A stretch of 64,000 nt of DNA from Macrostomum lignano (Eukaryota). Shown in pieces: positions 11,690 through 53,386 of this stretch (the stretch's first letter is position 1; each line of letters opens with the position of its first letter). The notes under the pieces are model-generated. The model did no database searches and had not been told where the DNA came from. It saw only the letters and a list, made by a program, of their open reading frames with translations. The position numbers and the translations under genes are program-made. Location: NCBI GenBank assembly GCA_002269645.1, contig NIVC01000180.1:558001-622000 (forward strand), read 5' to 3'.

Positions 11690-12480
11690 AGGAGATTATC
11701 GGAGAGATTTACAGCGAATTATCAGTAAGATTTACAGTGGACTATCGGAGAGATTTGCAGTGGACTATCGGAGAGATTTGCAGTGGATTATCGGAGAGAT
11801 TTACAGCGGGTTATCGGAAAGATTTACAGTGGATTATCGAAGGGATTTACAGTGGATTATCGGAGGGAGTTAGTGTGGATTATCGGAGAGATTTACTGTG
11901 GACTATCGGAAAGATTTACAGTGGATTATCGCAAAGATTTACAGCGGATTATCGGAAAGATTTACAGTGGTTTATCGAAGGGATTTAGTGTGGACTATCG
12001 GAGAGATTTACAGCGGATTATCGGAGAGATTTACAGCGGATTATCGGAGAGATTTACAGCGGATTATTGGAGAGATTTACTGTGGATTATCGGAGAGATT
12101 TACAGTGGACTATCGGAGAGATTTACAGTGGATTATCGAAGGGATTTACAGTGGATTATCGGAGGGATTTACAGTGGATTATCGGAGAGATTTACAGTGG
12201 ACTATCGGAGAGATTTACAGTGGATTATCGCAAAGATTTACAGCGGGTTATCGGAAAGATTTACAGTGGATTATCGAAGGGATTTACAGTGGATTATCGG
12301 AGGGATTTACAGTGGATTATCGGAGAGATTTACAGTGGATTATCGGAGAGATTTACAGCGGATTATCGGAGAGATTTACAGCGGATTATCGGAGGAATTA
12401 CAGTGGATTATCGGAGAGATTTACAGCGGATTATCGGAGAGATTTACAGCGGATTATCGGAGGAATTACAGTGGATTATC
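11690..12480. repeat. Minisatellite, 23-nt unit GGATTATCGGAGAGATTTACAGT
   Basis: Seen directly. Confidence 0.95.
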
Positions 12481-13324
12481 AACGATCAATGAGATCATCT
12501 GTGAGATTTTCATCAAACTCAAACAACTCTCATTCCCAGTCAGATGAGGAATGCATCCAAACAGAATTAGGCTAGGCTAAACTGCTCAAAACAGATTCGG
12601 ATCAAATCCCCCCTCATGTCATCGCTGGAGTTTGGGCAAACCGAATTTTCAGAACCTCCCCGACCCCCGACTCGCCCAGCTAAGCCGGAAATGGCCTGAC
12701 TGGCCTTGTTAACATTGGCCTGAGTGCCTTCTTGTGTTGAATGGCTGCGGGGACGATGATGCCAGATGAGGCCCGGCTATGCAGACTCTCCCCGGCTCTT
12801 CGTTTTTTCATTTTAGATCCCCCCCGAATTCGCAGTTGGAGACGGGGCGCCACGGCTGCAAAAGGATTCCTTCGCGGAGCGGTGACAGGGGTGGACGAGC
12901 TGCCCCAGAGAGCCCCTGCCTGCTGTGTCTCCAAGCATTTCCTGACGCCATTTGGCAATGCGCTGTTCGTTATGAATTAGCAAATTGGATTGAAACTGAT
13001 CTTCTCTGAGCAAGGACTGCTGAGTAGGGACCGCTGGGCAGGGACTGCTAGGCAGCTCATGACTGTTTAAGTCTGAAAGATAAATTTATGACTGACTCGA
13101 AATGATCCGACGAGCGAAGTTCACGCAAAATTGCATTTTCAATTGGAGTCGCTTCTGGGTATATTTTCTTATGAAGGATTTAGCTGGAATGTCTTTGACC
13201 GGCTTCTAGATGGTGAAGATATCATTTGATTTAATTTTAACTTGAGGCTCTATGCTCTACTAATAGTAGCATTGTGCTGGTAAATGCTGGTAAGTTGAAG
13301 CTTTCGAATTACAAACTAAATAAT

Positions 13325-14070
<746 letters not shown>

Positions 14071-14335
14071 GCTAGCAGATAATGGTCCGCCAGGAAAAAA
14101 AGCCATGATATTTTTTTTATGATTCGGGTGTTCGAGATAAAAGGGCTTATGCTGAAAAGACTGGCTTACACATTTTACTTATTTTCAATTAGGGTGGGAT
14201 TAACACATTGAGGATTAAAACAGATGTTCAAACAACACAGACAAGACATTGCTAAACTACGAGCTAATAAATATTGTCAGCCTAGCTCACTCCTGTAATT
14301 CCACACTACTGCCTCAGTTACTAAAGTTATTATTG

Positions 14336-28011
<13,676 letters not shown>

Positions 28012-28659
28012 GGCAAGACAGTCGGAGGGATTCGAAGTTCGAGTTGGACGAGTTGTGTGCTCGGCAACAGGTCCCGCGCTGGCAAGTGCGGGGGTTTTAT
28101 GAGCTCAATAGTGCACACTTGACTCTCCTCTCCTCAGCCAATGGCTTCGCTGTGGGAAGGTGGGGTTGGGTGGGAAAGTGGATGTGAGTGAGTAGGAGGC
28201 AGGATCGGCTCTTCATACCGGATGAGCTGAGATTCGAGCAGGGGCTGCCGGTTTACACTGACGATGAAGACTGACTGACAGCGGAAACACGCGAAAGCCT
28301 CTGCAGACGAAATTTCGTGTCAAAACAATGCAAAGCATTGTTAATTTGTTTAAGCAGGAGGAAGGGGAAATTAAAAGAAAATTAATAAAGAAATTAAGTT
28401 AAGTAAGCAATAGAAGAAAGAAGAAATATCAATAAGCCACACCAGAATTTGGCGCCAGCGATACAGAACGCCGCCCTTCAAACAGCACGACTGGGCGACT
28501 GGGTGAGGCCCACCACCTCAAACCAGCACCACCCCCCCGCTGAGCACGAGTACATGTACAAGTGAGTGCACAAGGCAGAGGGGAAAGAGAGCGGGGGAGA
28601 GAGGGAATGCACCTGGACTGATCACTAAACCCGATTTGCACAGGTGCACGCAAACCAAG

Positions 28660-28945
28660 TCATTAGTGAACCAGGTGCGAGCACCCATGTAAGCCGAGTC
28701 ATTAGTGAACCAGGTGCGAGCACCCATGTAAGCCGAGTCATTAGTGAACCAGTTGCGAGCACCCATGTAAGCCGAGTCATTAGTGAACCAGGTGTGAGCA
28801 CCCATGCAAACCGAGTCATTAGTGAACCAGGTGTGAGCACCCATGCAAACCGAGTCATTAGTGAACCAGGTGTGAGCACCCATGCAAACCGAGTCATTAG
28901 TGAACCAGGTGTGAGCACCCATGCAAACCGAGTCATTAGTGAACC
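28660..28945. repeat. Minisatellite, 39-nt unit GTCATTAGTGAACCAGGTGTGAGCACCCATGCAAACCGA
   Basis: About 7 units, roughly 650 bp upstream of the GPCR ATG. Confidence 0.93.
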
Positions 28946-29569
28946 AGCTGCACTCCTCCAGTCGCAGATGCGGTTGATGTCGGAGACGGGCAGCCCCAGC
29001 ACTGAAGCCCAGGTCGCACCCCCGCAGCGCAGGTGGCCGAGAACTTCTTGTCTTGCAGGAAAAGCGGTCCAGCTGTCTTCCCACTGACTGACTGACTGAG
29101 CAAGTGGCAGAAGTTCAGAGCTAAACAGATGTGCAGTTTGTTCACTTCTAGTGAGCTGAATAAAATAACGAGAGCGGTCTGCCGCTAGATTCAGTTGGGA
29201 TTATTAATGCTTCAGGCCAGGATGAGTCCGTGCCAAAATAATGCACACTGTGTCAGTGTAGTGCTGAATGGCAGCCCAACTAAATAATTAAAACTGAATT
29301 GCAAAGTTGAGTTCGCAATTGTCCCAAGTCAAGTGTTAAGACTTCTACCTCTCCGAAGGACAAATGATCCCATTGTATTTGGAGCAGACAGGCTTGAGAA
29401 AATTCGGCAATGCACCGAACAGATGCTGGAAGCGAACGCACCTGAGCCGTGTGTTCACGCTGCATTGAAAATTATTGCCTCAGATTTCAGGTCTTCACCT
29501 GCCTTCGCTGCTTCACCGATTCTTTTGTAAACTGGAATTTTCCTTGTCTGCCCCACCTTGACCGCCGTG

Positions 29570-29890
29570 CCCTCTGCCCTGCCCTCTCTGCCCTCCGATT
29601 CTCCACCCTCCCCTCTCTGCCCTGCCCTCTCTGCCCTCCGATTCTCCACCCTCCCCTCTCTGCCCTGCCCTCTCTGCCCTCCCCTCTCTGCCTTGCAATC
29701 CCCTGTCTGCCATCCCCTCTCTGCTCTCCCCTCTCTGCCATCCCCTCTCTGCTCTCCCCTCTCTGCTCTCCCCTCTCTGCTCTCCCCTCTCTGCTCTCCC
29801 CTCTCTGCTCTCCCCTCTCTGCTCTCCCCTCTCTGCCCTCCCCTCTCTGCCATCCTCTCTCTGCCCTCTCCTCTCTGCTCTCCCCTCTCT
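29570..29890. repeat. Pyrimidine-rich repeat of about 14 nt, CCCTCTCTGCTCTC
   Basis: Seen directly. Confidence 0.9.
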
Positions 29891-30419
29891 TCAACAGTCT
29901 TGTTCAAAATAAACAAGCGGTGCTTCAGTTTAAACACTTTAAGAGATCTCAGCGTTAGCGGAAATTCAATTCAAACGAGGTCCCTTTCTATTGAAACAGA
30001 TGACATTCAACTCAGACTGTCTGTGGCGAAAATTATCTCTGAGTGACGTGCGCGCACAGTTTTGAATTTCAAAAGAAAACAAAGTTACATTCTACAGCAT
30101 TTCGACAGATCATTTTGCACATAGATACGAGCGTACAAATTTATTAGGGCTGCACGAGTTTTAGCCAACGCGTGATGCGAGTCGGAGCACGCCATCAGGG
30201 GGCGGATCAAAGTTTCTGGAAAGGCAGTGGCCAAGAATTTACAGTGCGAGGGGCTGAAAACGCTGAAAATGCGGAACTGACACCGTTTTCTCACAGCTTT
30301 AAAGATCGGCTACTGCTTTTTGACTTCTACTTGTCTTTTTACTTTTCCTTTGTCTTAGACTGAACGCAGAAGTCCGTAAACATTTGAATTTTTGAATGAT
30401 TTTTTATTTTGCAAAGTTT

Positions 30420-33400
30420 CTAGTTTTTCTAGTTTCTAGTTTGTGATTATTCTAGAGTTTGTGAAGATTCTACAGTTTGTGAAGATTCTATGGTTTGTGA
30501 AGATTCTAAAGTTTGTGAAGATTCTAGTTTGTGAAGATTCTATAGTTTGTGAAGATTCTATAGTTTGTGAAGATTCTAGTTTGTGAAGATTTTAGTTTTT
30601 GAATATTCTATAGTTTGTGAAGATTCTAGTTTGTGAAGATTCTAGTTTGTGAGGATTCTATAGTTTGTGAAGATTCTAGTTTGTGAAGATTTTAGTTTTT
30701 GAATATTCTATAGTTTGTGAAGATTCTAGTTTGTGAAGATTCTAGTTTGTGAAGATTCTAGTTTGTGAAGATTCTAGTTTGTGAAGATTCTATAGTTTGT
30801 GAAGATTTTACTTTTTTAATATTCTATAGTTTGTGAAGATTCTATAGTTTGTGAAGATTCTATAGTTTGTGAAGATTCTATAGTTTGTGAAGATTCTAGT
30901 TTGTGAAGATTTTAGTTTTTGAATATTCTATAGTTTGTGAAGATTCTATAGTTTGTGAAGATTCTATAGTTTGTGAAGATTCTAGTTTGTGAAGATTCTA
31001 GTTTGTGAGGATTCTATAGTTTGTGAAGATTCTAGTTTGTGAAGATTCTAGTTTGTGAAGATTCTATAGTTTGTGAAGATTCTATAGTTTGTGAAGATTC
31101 TAGTTTGGGAAGATTCTGGTTTGTGAAGGTTCTAGTTTGTGAAGATTCTATGGTTTGTGAAGATTTTAGTTTGTGAAGATTCTACAGTTTGTGAAGATTC
31201 TAGTTTGTGAAGATTCTATAGTTTGTGAAGATTCTAGTTTGTGAAGATTCTAGTTTGTGAAGATTCTACAGTTTGTGAAGATTCTAGTTTGTGAAGATTC
31301 TATAGTTTGTGAAGATTCTATAGTTTGTGAAGATTCTATAGTTTGTGAAGATTCTATAGTTTGTGAAGATTTTAGTTTGTGAAGATTCTATGGTTTGTGA
31401 AGATTCTAAAGTTTGTGAAGATTCTATAGTTTGTGAAGATTCTATAGTTTGTGAAGATTCTATAGTTTGTGAAGATTCTAGTTTGTGAAGATTTTAGTTT
31501 TTGAATATTCTATAGTTTGTGAAGATTCTAGTTTGTGAAGATTCTAGTTTGTGAGGATTCTATAGTTTGTGAAGATTCTAGTTTGTGAAGATTTTAGTTT
31601 TTGAATATTCTATAGTTTGTGAAGATTCTAGTTTGTGAAGATTCTAGTTTGTGAAGATTCTAGTTTGTGAAGATTCTAGTTTGTGAAGATTCTATAGTTT
31701 GTGAAGATTTTACTTTTTTAATATTCTATAGTTTGTGAAGATTCTATAGTTTGTGAAGATTCTATAGTTTGTGAAGATTCTATAGTTTGTGAAGATTCTA
31801 GTTTGTGAAGATTCTATAGTTTGTGAAGATTCTATAGTTTGTGAAGATTCTAGTTTGGGAAGATTCTGGTTTGTGAAGGTTCTAGTTTGTGAAGATTCTA
31901 TGGTTTGTGAAGATTTTAGTTTGTGAAGATTCTACAGTTTGTGAAGATTCTAGTTTGTGAAGATTCTATAGTTTGTGAAGATTCTAGTTTGTGAAGATTC
32001 TAGTTTGTGAAGATTCTACAGTTTGTGAAGATTCTAGTTTGTGAAGATTCTATAGTTTGTGAAGATTCTATAGTTTGTGAAGATTCTATAGTTTGTGAAG
32101 ATTCTATAGTTTGTGAAGATTTTAGTTTGTGAATATTCTATAGTTTGTGAAGATTCTAGTTTGTGAAGATTCTAGTTTGTGAAGATTCTATGGTTTGTGA
32201 AGATTCTATAGTTTGTGAAGATTCTATAGTTTGTGAAGATTCTATAGTTTGTGAAGATTCTATAGTTTGTGAAGATTCTATAGTTTGTGAAGATTCTATA
32301 GTTTGTGAAGATTCTATAGTTTGTGAAGATTCTATAGTTTGTGAAGGTTCTAGTTTGTGAAGATTCTAGTTTGTGAAGATTCTATGGTTTGTGAAGATTC
32401 TATAGTTTGTGAAGATTCTATGGTTTGTGAAGATTCTATGGTTTGTGAAGATTCTAGTTTGTGAAGATTCTATAGTTTGTGAAGATTCTATAGTTTGTGA
32501 GGATTCTATAGTTTGTGAAGATTCTATAGTTTGTGAAGATTCTAGTTTGTGAAGGTTCTAGTTTGTGAAGATTCTAGTTTGTGAAGATTCTAGTTTGTGA
32601 AGATTCTAGTTTGTGAAGATTCTATAGTTTGTGAAGATTCTATAGTTTGTGAAGATTCTAGTTTGGGAAGATTCTGGTTTGTGAAGATTCTATGGTTTGT
32701 GAAGATTTTAGTTTGTGAAGATTCTACAGTTTGTGAAGATTCTAGTTTGTGAAGATTCTATAGTTTGTGAAGATTCTAGTTTGTGAAGATTCTAGTTTGT
32801 GAAGATTCTACAGTTTGTGAAGATTCTAGTTTGTGAAGATTCTATAGTTTGTGAAGATTCTATAGTTTGTGAAGATTCTATAGTTTGTGAAGATTCTATA
32901 GTTTGTGAAGATTTTAGTTTGTGAATATTCTATAGTTTGTGAAGATTCTAGTTTGTGAAGATTCTAGTTTGTGAAGATTCTATGGTTTGTGAAGATTCTA
33001 TAGTTTGTGAAGATTCTATAGTTTGTGAAGATTCTATAGTTTGTGAAGATTCTATAGTTTGTGAAGATTCTATAGTTTGTGAATATTCTATAGTTTGTGA
33101 AGATTCTATAGTTTGTGAAGATTCTATAGTTTGTGAAGGTTCTAGTTTGTGAAGATTCTAGTTTGTGAAGATTCTATGGTTTGTGAAGATTCTATAGTTT
33201 GTGAAGATTCTATGGTTTGTGAAGATTCTATGGTTTGTGAAGATTCTAGTTTGTGAAGATTCTATAGTTTGTGAAGATTCTATAGTTTGTGAAGATTCTA
33301 TAGTTTGTGAGGATTCTATAGTTTGTGAAGATTCTATAGTTTGTGAAGATTCTAGTTTGTGAAGGTTCTAGTTTGTGAAGATTCTAGTTTGTGAAGATTC

Positions 33401-34058
33401 TAGTTTGTGAAGATTCTATAGTTTGTGAAGATTCTATAGTTTGTGAAGATTCTAGTTTGGGAAGATTCTGGTTTGTGAAGGTTCTAGTTTGTGAAGATTC
33501 TATGGTTTGTGAAGATTCTAGTTTGTGAAGATTCTATGGTTTGTGAAGATTCTAGTTTGTGAAGATTCTATGGTTTGTGAAGATTCTATAGTTTGTGAAG
33601 ATTCTAGTTTGTGAAGGTTCTAGTTTGTGAAGATTCTAGTTTGTGAAGATTCTATGGTTTGTAAAGATTCTATAGTTTGTGAAGATTCTATGGTTTGTGA
33701 AGATTCTATAGTTTGTGAAGATTCTAGTTTGTGAAGGTTCTAGTTTGTGAAGATTCTAGTTTGTGAAGATTCTAGTTTGTGAAGATTCTATGGTTTGTGA
33801 AGATTCTATAGTTTGTGAAGATTCTATAGTTTGTGAAGATTCTAGTTTGTGAAGATTCTGGTTTGTGAAGGTTCTAGTTTGTGAATATTTTAGTTTGTGA
33901 AGATTCTAGTTTGTGAAGATTCTATGGTTTGTGAAGATTCTATGGTTTGTGAAGATTCTATAGTTTGTGAAGATTCTAGTTTGTGAAGGTTCTAGTTTGT
34001 GAAGATTCTAGTTTGTGAAGATTCTAATTTTGTGAAGTTTGTGAAGATTGTTTGTGAA
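30420..34058. repeat. 3.6-kb satellite of mixed 15/17-nt units AGTTTGTGAAGATTCT(AT) with higher-order structure
   Basis: The rare variant ttgggaagattctgg recurs near 31105, 31855, 32663 and 33457. Confidence 0.96.
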
Positions 34059-34614
34059 AGCGCCATGGAGGACCTAGACGGGCAGAGGGTGGTAAAATTA
34101 TTGATAATTAAAATTAGCATTTGAATATTCATTCCTTCCTTGGCCATCTTCATTTTCACCAGAATCTATCAATCCATTTCCTGAAGGGACGAACACTGCT
34201 TTGACTCGAAAGAAGACCAGGCAGGATCAGGTACCGCTTAGATGACTCAGCCTCGGCCTCTCGTCCGGGAAGTTCTGGCTGTCCAAAAAATCTAATTTCC
34301 CTTAGCCAGCAATTTTTACAGGCAGCTCTGCGAATCCGAATCCGTCCAACCCACCTGCGCGCCGAGCCCTTTTTGCACTTTAACGCTGCGTGGCTGCCTC
34401 GTTAGCTGTCGATCGCGTGCGTGTTGTGGTTGCTGGGAAAACTTCAAAATAGCGGATGAGAATCATTGAGGGACGCGCTGTTAATTCTTGACCAGGAGCG
34501 TGCGCAGGTGGGCTGAGCTGAGAAAATGACGCACTAGCGGCATAATTGCGAACAGCACACGCAAATTTATGATCAAATCGCTGTTTATAGATAGCTGGCA
34601 GGAAACTGAAACTA

Positions 34615-35955
34615 GAGCTGGGGAGGGCAGAGAGAATGCACAATGCTCAGTAAGGACTGGGAAGGGCAGAGAGAATGTACATTGCTCAGTAAGGACTAGG
34701 GAGGGCAGAGAGAATGTACATTGCTTAGTACGGACTGGGAAGGGCAGAGAGAATTTACATTGCTCAGTAAGGACTGGGGAGGGTAGAGAGAATGTACATT
34801 GCTTAGTACGGACTGGGAAGGGCAGAGAGAATGCACATTGCTCAGTAAGGACTGGGGAGGGCAGAGAGAATGTACATTGCTCCGTAAGGACTGGGAAGGG
34901 CAGAGAGAATGTACATTGCTCAGTAAGGACTAGGGAGGGCAGAGAGAATGTACATTGCTCAGTAAGGACTGGGGAGGGCAGAGAGAATGTACATTGCTTA
35001 GTACGGACTGGGAAGGGCAGAGAGAATGCACATTGCTCAGTAAGGACTGGGGAGGGCAGAGAGAATGTACATTGCTCAGTAAGGACTGGGGAGGGCAGAG
35101 AGAATGTACATTGCTTAGTACGGACTGGGAAGGGCAGAGAGAATGTACATTGCTCAGTAAGGACTAGGGAGGGCAGAGAGAATGTACATTGCTCAGTAAG
35201 GACTGGGGAGGGCAGAGAGAATGTACATTGCTTAGTACGGACTGGGAAGGGCAGAGAGAATGCACATTGCTCAGTAAGGACTGGGGAGGGCAGAGAGAAT
35301 GTAATTGCTCAGTAAGGACTGGGGAGGGTAGAGAGAATGTACATCGCTTAGTACGGACTGGGAAGGGCAGAGAGAATGTACATTGCTCAGTAAGGACTAG
35401 GGAGGGCAGAGAGAATGCACATTGCTTAGTACGGACTGGGAAGGGCAGAGAGAATGTACATTGCTCAGTAAGGACTAGGGAGGGCAGAGAGAATGTACAT
35501 TGCTCAGTAAGGACTGGGGAGGGCAGAGAGAATGTACATTGCTTAGTACGGACTGGGAAGGGCAGAGAATGCACATTGCTCAGTAAGGACTGGGGAGGGC
35601 AGAGAGAATGTAATTGCTCAGTAAGGACTGGGGAGGGCAGAGAGAATGTACATCGCTTAGTACGGACTGGGAAGGGCAGAGAGAATGCACATTGCTCAGT
35701 AAGGACTAGGGAGGGCAGAGAGAATGTACATTGCTCAGTAAGGACTGGGGAGGGCAGAGAGAATGTACATCGCTTAGTACGGACTGGGGAGGACAGAGAG
35801 AATGTACATCGCTTAGTACGGACTGGGGAGGGCAGAGAGAATGTACATTGCTCAGTAAGGACTGGGAAGGGCAGAGAGAATTTACATTGCTCAGTAAGGA
35901 CTGGGGAGGGTAGAGAGAATGTACATTGCTTAGTACGGACTGGGAAGGGCAGAGA
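34615..35955. repeat. Minisatellite, 39-nt unit GGGAGGGCAGAGAGAATGTACATTGCTCAGTAAGGACTG
   Basis: Seen directly. Confidence 0.95.
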
Positions 35956-36589
35956 TAGTGTACAACACTGTGTGCACTATCATAGTAGTGTAAGTTGTAT
36001 AAGCGCGCTCTATCATAGTAACGCAATTTGTATAAGCGCGCTCTATCATAGTAACGCAATTTGTATAAGCGCGCACTGTCTGAGTACAAAAGACAAAGGA
36101 GATATTAATTAAAACCACCGTCTATCGTGTAAAGCCGGTGCGCGTATAAACTGGAAATTAGACGCAAATAAAGAATTATATTTATATAAATATGCAGATT
36201 AATAAGTAGCAGTTCAAAGACTAATATAATCATATGTAGGAGTAAACAGGAAATATTGCAGTTAGCCATGGCCCCCGACATCCGCCACCAGCAGGAGCTA
36301 GTATGCAGCTACTCGAACAGAATTAGAAAGAGCAAAGTGGAATGCATTGAAGTGTTGTGAACAGGTGCCAGCAATACAAACAAAAGGCTTCTAGGAGAAG
36401 TGCCGACAAAGGACAGGCGACGCTCTTGCACTAAAAAACAAACCAGCTAAAAAGCGCATTGCACTTTTACAGAGTGAGAAAAACTGTGTTTGAAGGCTCG
36501 AGGCCGGATATTGTGACCTGAGCTCTGTAAAATTTTAGAATGACTCAATTATTAAGCACATTGTATCCACATCGTCAGATGAAATTCTC

Positions 36590-37140
36590 CCGGAAATTCC
36601 CCAATGAATTCCCTCGGAAATTCCCCATTGAATTATCTTGGAAATTCCCCATTGAATTATCTTAGAACTTCCCCCAAAAAAATTATCAGAAATTCCCATT
36701 AGATTCTCCTAAAAATTCCCCAAAGATATTTTCTCAGAAATTCCCATTGAATTATCTTGGAAATTCCCCAAAAATGTTTCTCAGAAATTCCCGTTAAATT
36801 CCCTCGGAAATTCCCTACTGAATTCTCTTGAAAATTCCCCATTAAAATCTCTGGGAAATTCTACATGGAATTCTCTAGGAAAGACCCATTGAATTCTCTC
36901 GAAAATTCCCCTTTGAATTCTCTCGGAAATTCGCAATTAAATTCTCTCGAAAATTACCTTTTGAACTCTCTCGAAAATTCCCCATTGAATTCTCTTAAGA
37001 ATTCCCCATTAAATTCTCTTGAAAAGTCCCCTTTGAACTCTCTCGAAAATTCCCCATTGAATTCTCTTGGAAATTTCCCATTGAATTCCCCATTCCATCG
37101 AAATTTCCTATTAAATTTTCCAGAAAATTCCTCATTGAAT
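36590..37140. repeat. Diverged minisatellite of about 24 nt, GAAATTCCCCATTGAATTCTCTC
   Basis: Seen directly. Confidence 0.85.
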
Positions 37141-37759
37141 TCTAACGAGTTTGCCGCAAAGTTGTTTTCAAGAAACCAAAGGAATGCAGCGGATCCCGCC
37201 AGAAGGACACAAATCAATTTAATCCGGGCCCTCAACCAACCTCAAGCAACCACCAGCGCCTTGGCGGTAAACAATTTCTACTCGCAGAAAGAAGAAAGCA
37301 GACGAGAAGCCAGCAGCAAAACGCAAAAGCTGTGCGCTGTGCGGTGAAAATGGCTGTGGCCTGCTCGCTGCCACAAAAAGGCAACAGGTCAGACAACAAC
37401 AAGAAATGGATTTCCCGGTGACATGATTGGCTCAGGTAAAAACACAAACATTGCTAACAAACAAAAAAGTTGATAAAAATAAAAAACCGGTCAATGCAAA
37501 AGACAACCGCACTGCTGCTGCTCAGAAACACAGAAATTGGTGCGCTGGTGAACTCAGCCAGCCAGTGTTGGCTGCGACAGTCTCGCGTGGGACAAAAGGC
37601 AAGCATGGAGATCGGATCGGTCACAGTTTTGGACAATGTCAGGTGAGCTTTTACATCGACTCAAGATTTAATAGTCCGAGGGACAGTCTCGAGAGTCTGG
37701 CAGACAGATCTAAGAGATTCGTATGAAGAATGCCAATAGAGTCTCATTATCAGCTATGT

Positions 37760-38225
37760 CTCAAAGACAGGAAACTGTCAGGACAGTCACAGGAAACTAT
37801 CAGGACAGTTACAGGAACGTGTCAGGACAGTCACAGGAAAGTGTCAGGACAGTCACAGGAAAGTGTCAGGACAGTCACAGGAAAGTGTCAGGACAGTTAC
37901 AGGAAACTGTCAGGACAGTCACAGGAAACTATCAGGACAGTTACAGGAACGTGTCAGGACAGTCACAGGAAAGTGTCAGGACAGTCACAGGAAAGTGTCA
38001 GGACAGTTACAGGAAACTGTCAGGACAGTCACAGGAAACTATCAGGACAGTTACAGGAACGTGTCAGGACAGTCACAGGAAAGTGTCAGGACAGTCACAG
38101 GAAACTGTCAGGACAGGCACAGGAAAGTGTCAGGACAGTCACAGGAGTGTCAGGACAGGCACAGGAACGTGTCAGGACAGTCACAGGAAAGTGTCAGGAC
38201 AGGCACAGGCAAGTGTCAGGACAGT
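37760..38225. repeat. Minisatellite, 22-nt unit CAGGACAGTCACAGGAAAGTGT, just 3' of the FIP stop codon
   Basis: Seen directly. Confidence 0.93.
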
Positions 38226-38269
38226 CACAGAAGCATCAGGGCTGTCAGGAATGCCTCAGGAGCCGACAC

Positions 38270-52515
<14,246 letters not shown>

Positions 52516-52769
52516 CTGTCGGGCCGATGGTAATGCGGATAATTCACAGTTTTATGGCAGAATGTTGCTAATTTTACCGGCCTTAAACTTCTCCTACCAA
52601 TGCCATTCATATGGCTATTAGAGGCAGGGGGTTGTGTGCACTCTGGCGCAATATAAGCGACATAGGCACACAACCGGCGAGAGGCATTACTGCCCATTCC
52701 GCCGACTCCCCTGAGCAGGCATACAAGCGCGCGGATACGTACGCAGGCACACACTCACACAGGAGTGTA

Positions 52770-52968
52770 CAGCGGCCCTAACTTTATTTTATCGTTAGGC
52801 ATGTACACTTCACTGCGCCTTGGGGAGTTGGCTCTCAAGGCCATTAATTGCACGAGCAGAGCCAAGCCGAGATTCCAATTCAGCCCCAAATTAATGTGAC
52901 TGCACTTGGAATCGAGCCTGGGTCGCTGGCAAACCAGAGCAGCTGCGCTACCGCTGGGCTACGGCCCC
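52770..52968 (-). mobile_element. Possible tRNA-derived SINE
   Basis: The minus strand has an A-box-like TAGCCCAGCGGTA and a B-box-like GGCTCGATTCC at tRNA spacing, no proper acceptor stem, and an A-rich end. Confidence 0.4.
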
Positions 52969-53386
52969 CCTTCATACATATGGCACATTAACAGTAGGAA
53001 TTTTACCAAGCCATTTTTCAGCCTGTTAAACTACAAAGGCCCCCCTCCCCTGACGATTTTTTTGCCCCCAGACCGTCGAGATAGTCGACGATACTACTGC
53101 CAGAAGGTCGGATTTTTTCCCATAAGCGCCAGCGTATTCAATACACCCCTGTGCGCCAATCAGCACTGCGCCTCAGTGCAGCCTTGACAAGCCTCCAAAT
53201 TTCATCAGCACGTCGACCACATGTGTCTGCATCAGCTTCTGGACATTCAACAGGTGGCACCAGGTGACCATGTGAACACCCCGTTGCGAATTTCTCGAGT
53301 TCCGCCTCGACAGCGGGCAAGCCTCAACTGCTGGACATCCTCATTAGCTCACTATATGAAGTAGACAAAGGCAATAAATCACTTAC

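Noticed and set aside
34060-34235. Possible small plus-strand exons (gccATGGAGGAC...; caccag|...cag|gtacc)
   Set aside because: No recognisable product or further exons.
52896-52968. Possible tRNA gene (also a B-box near 51690)
   Set aside because: A/B boxes are present but the acceptor and anticodon stems do not pair; kept only as a low-confidence SINE head.
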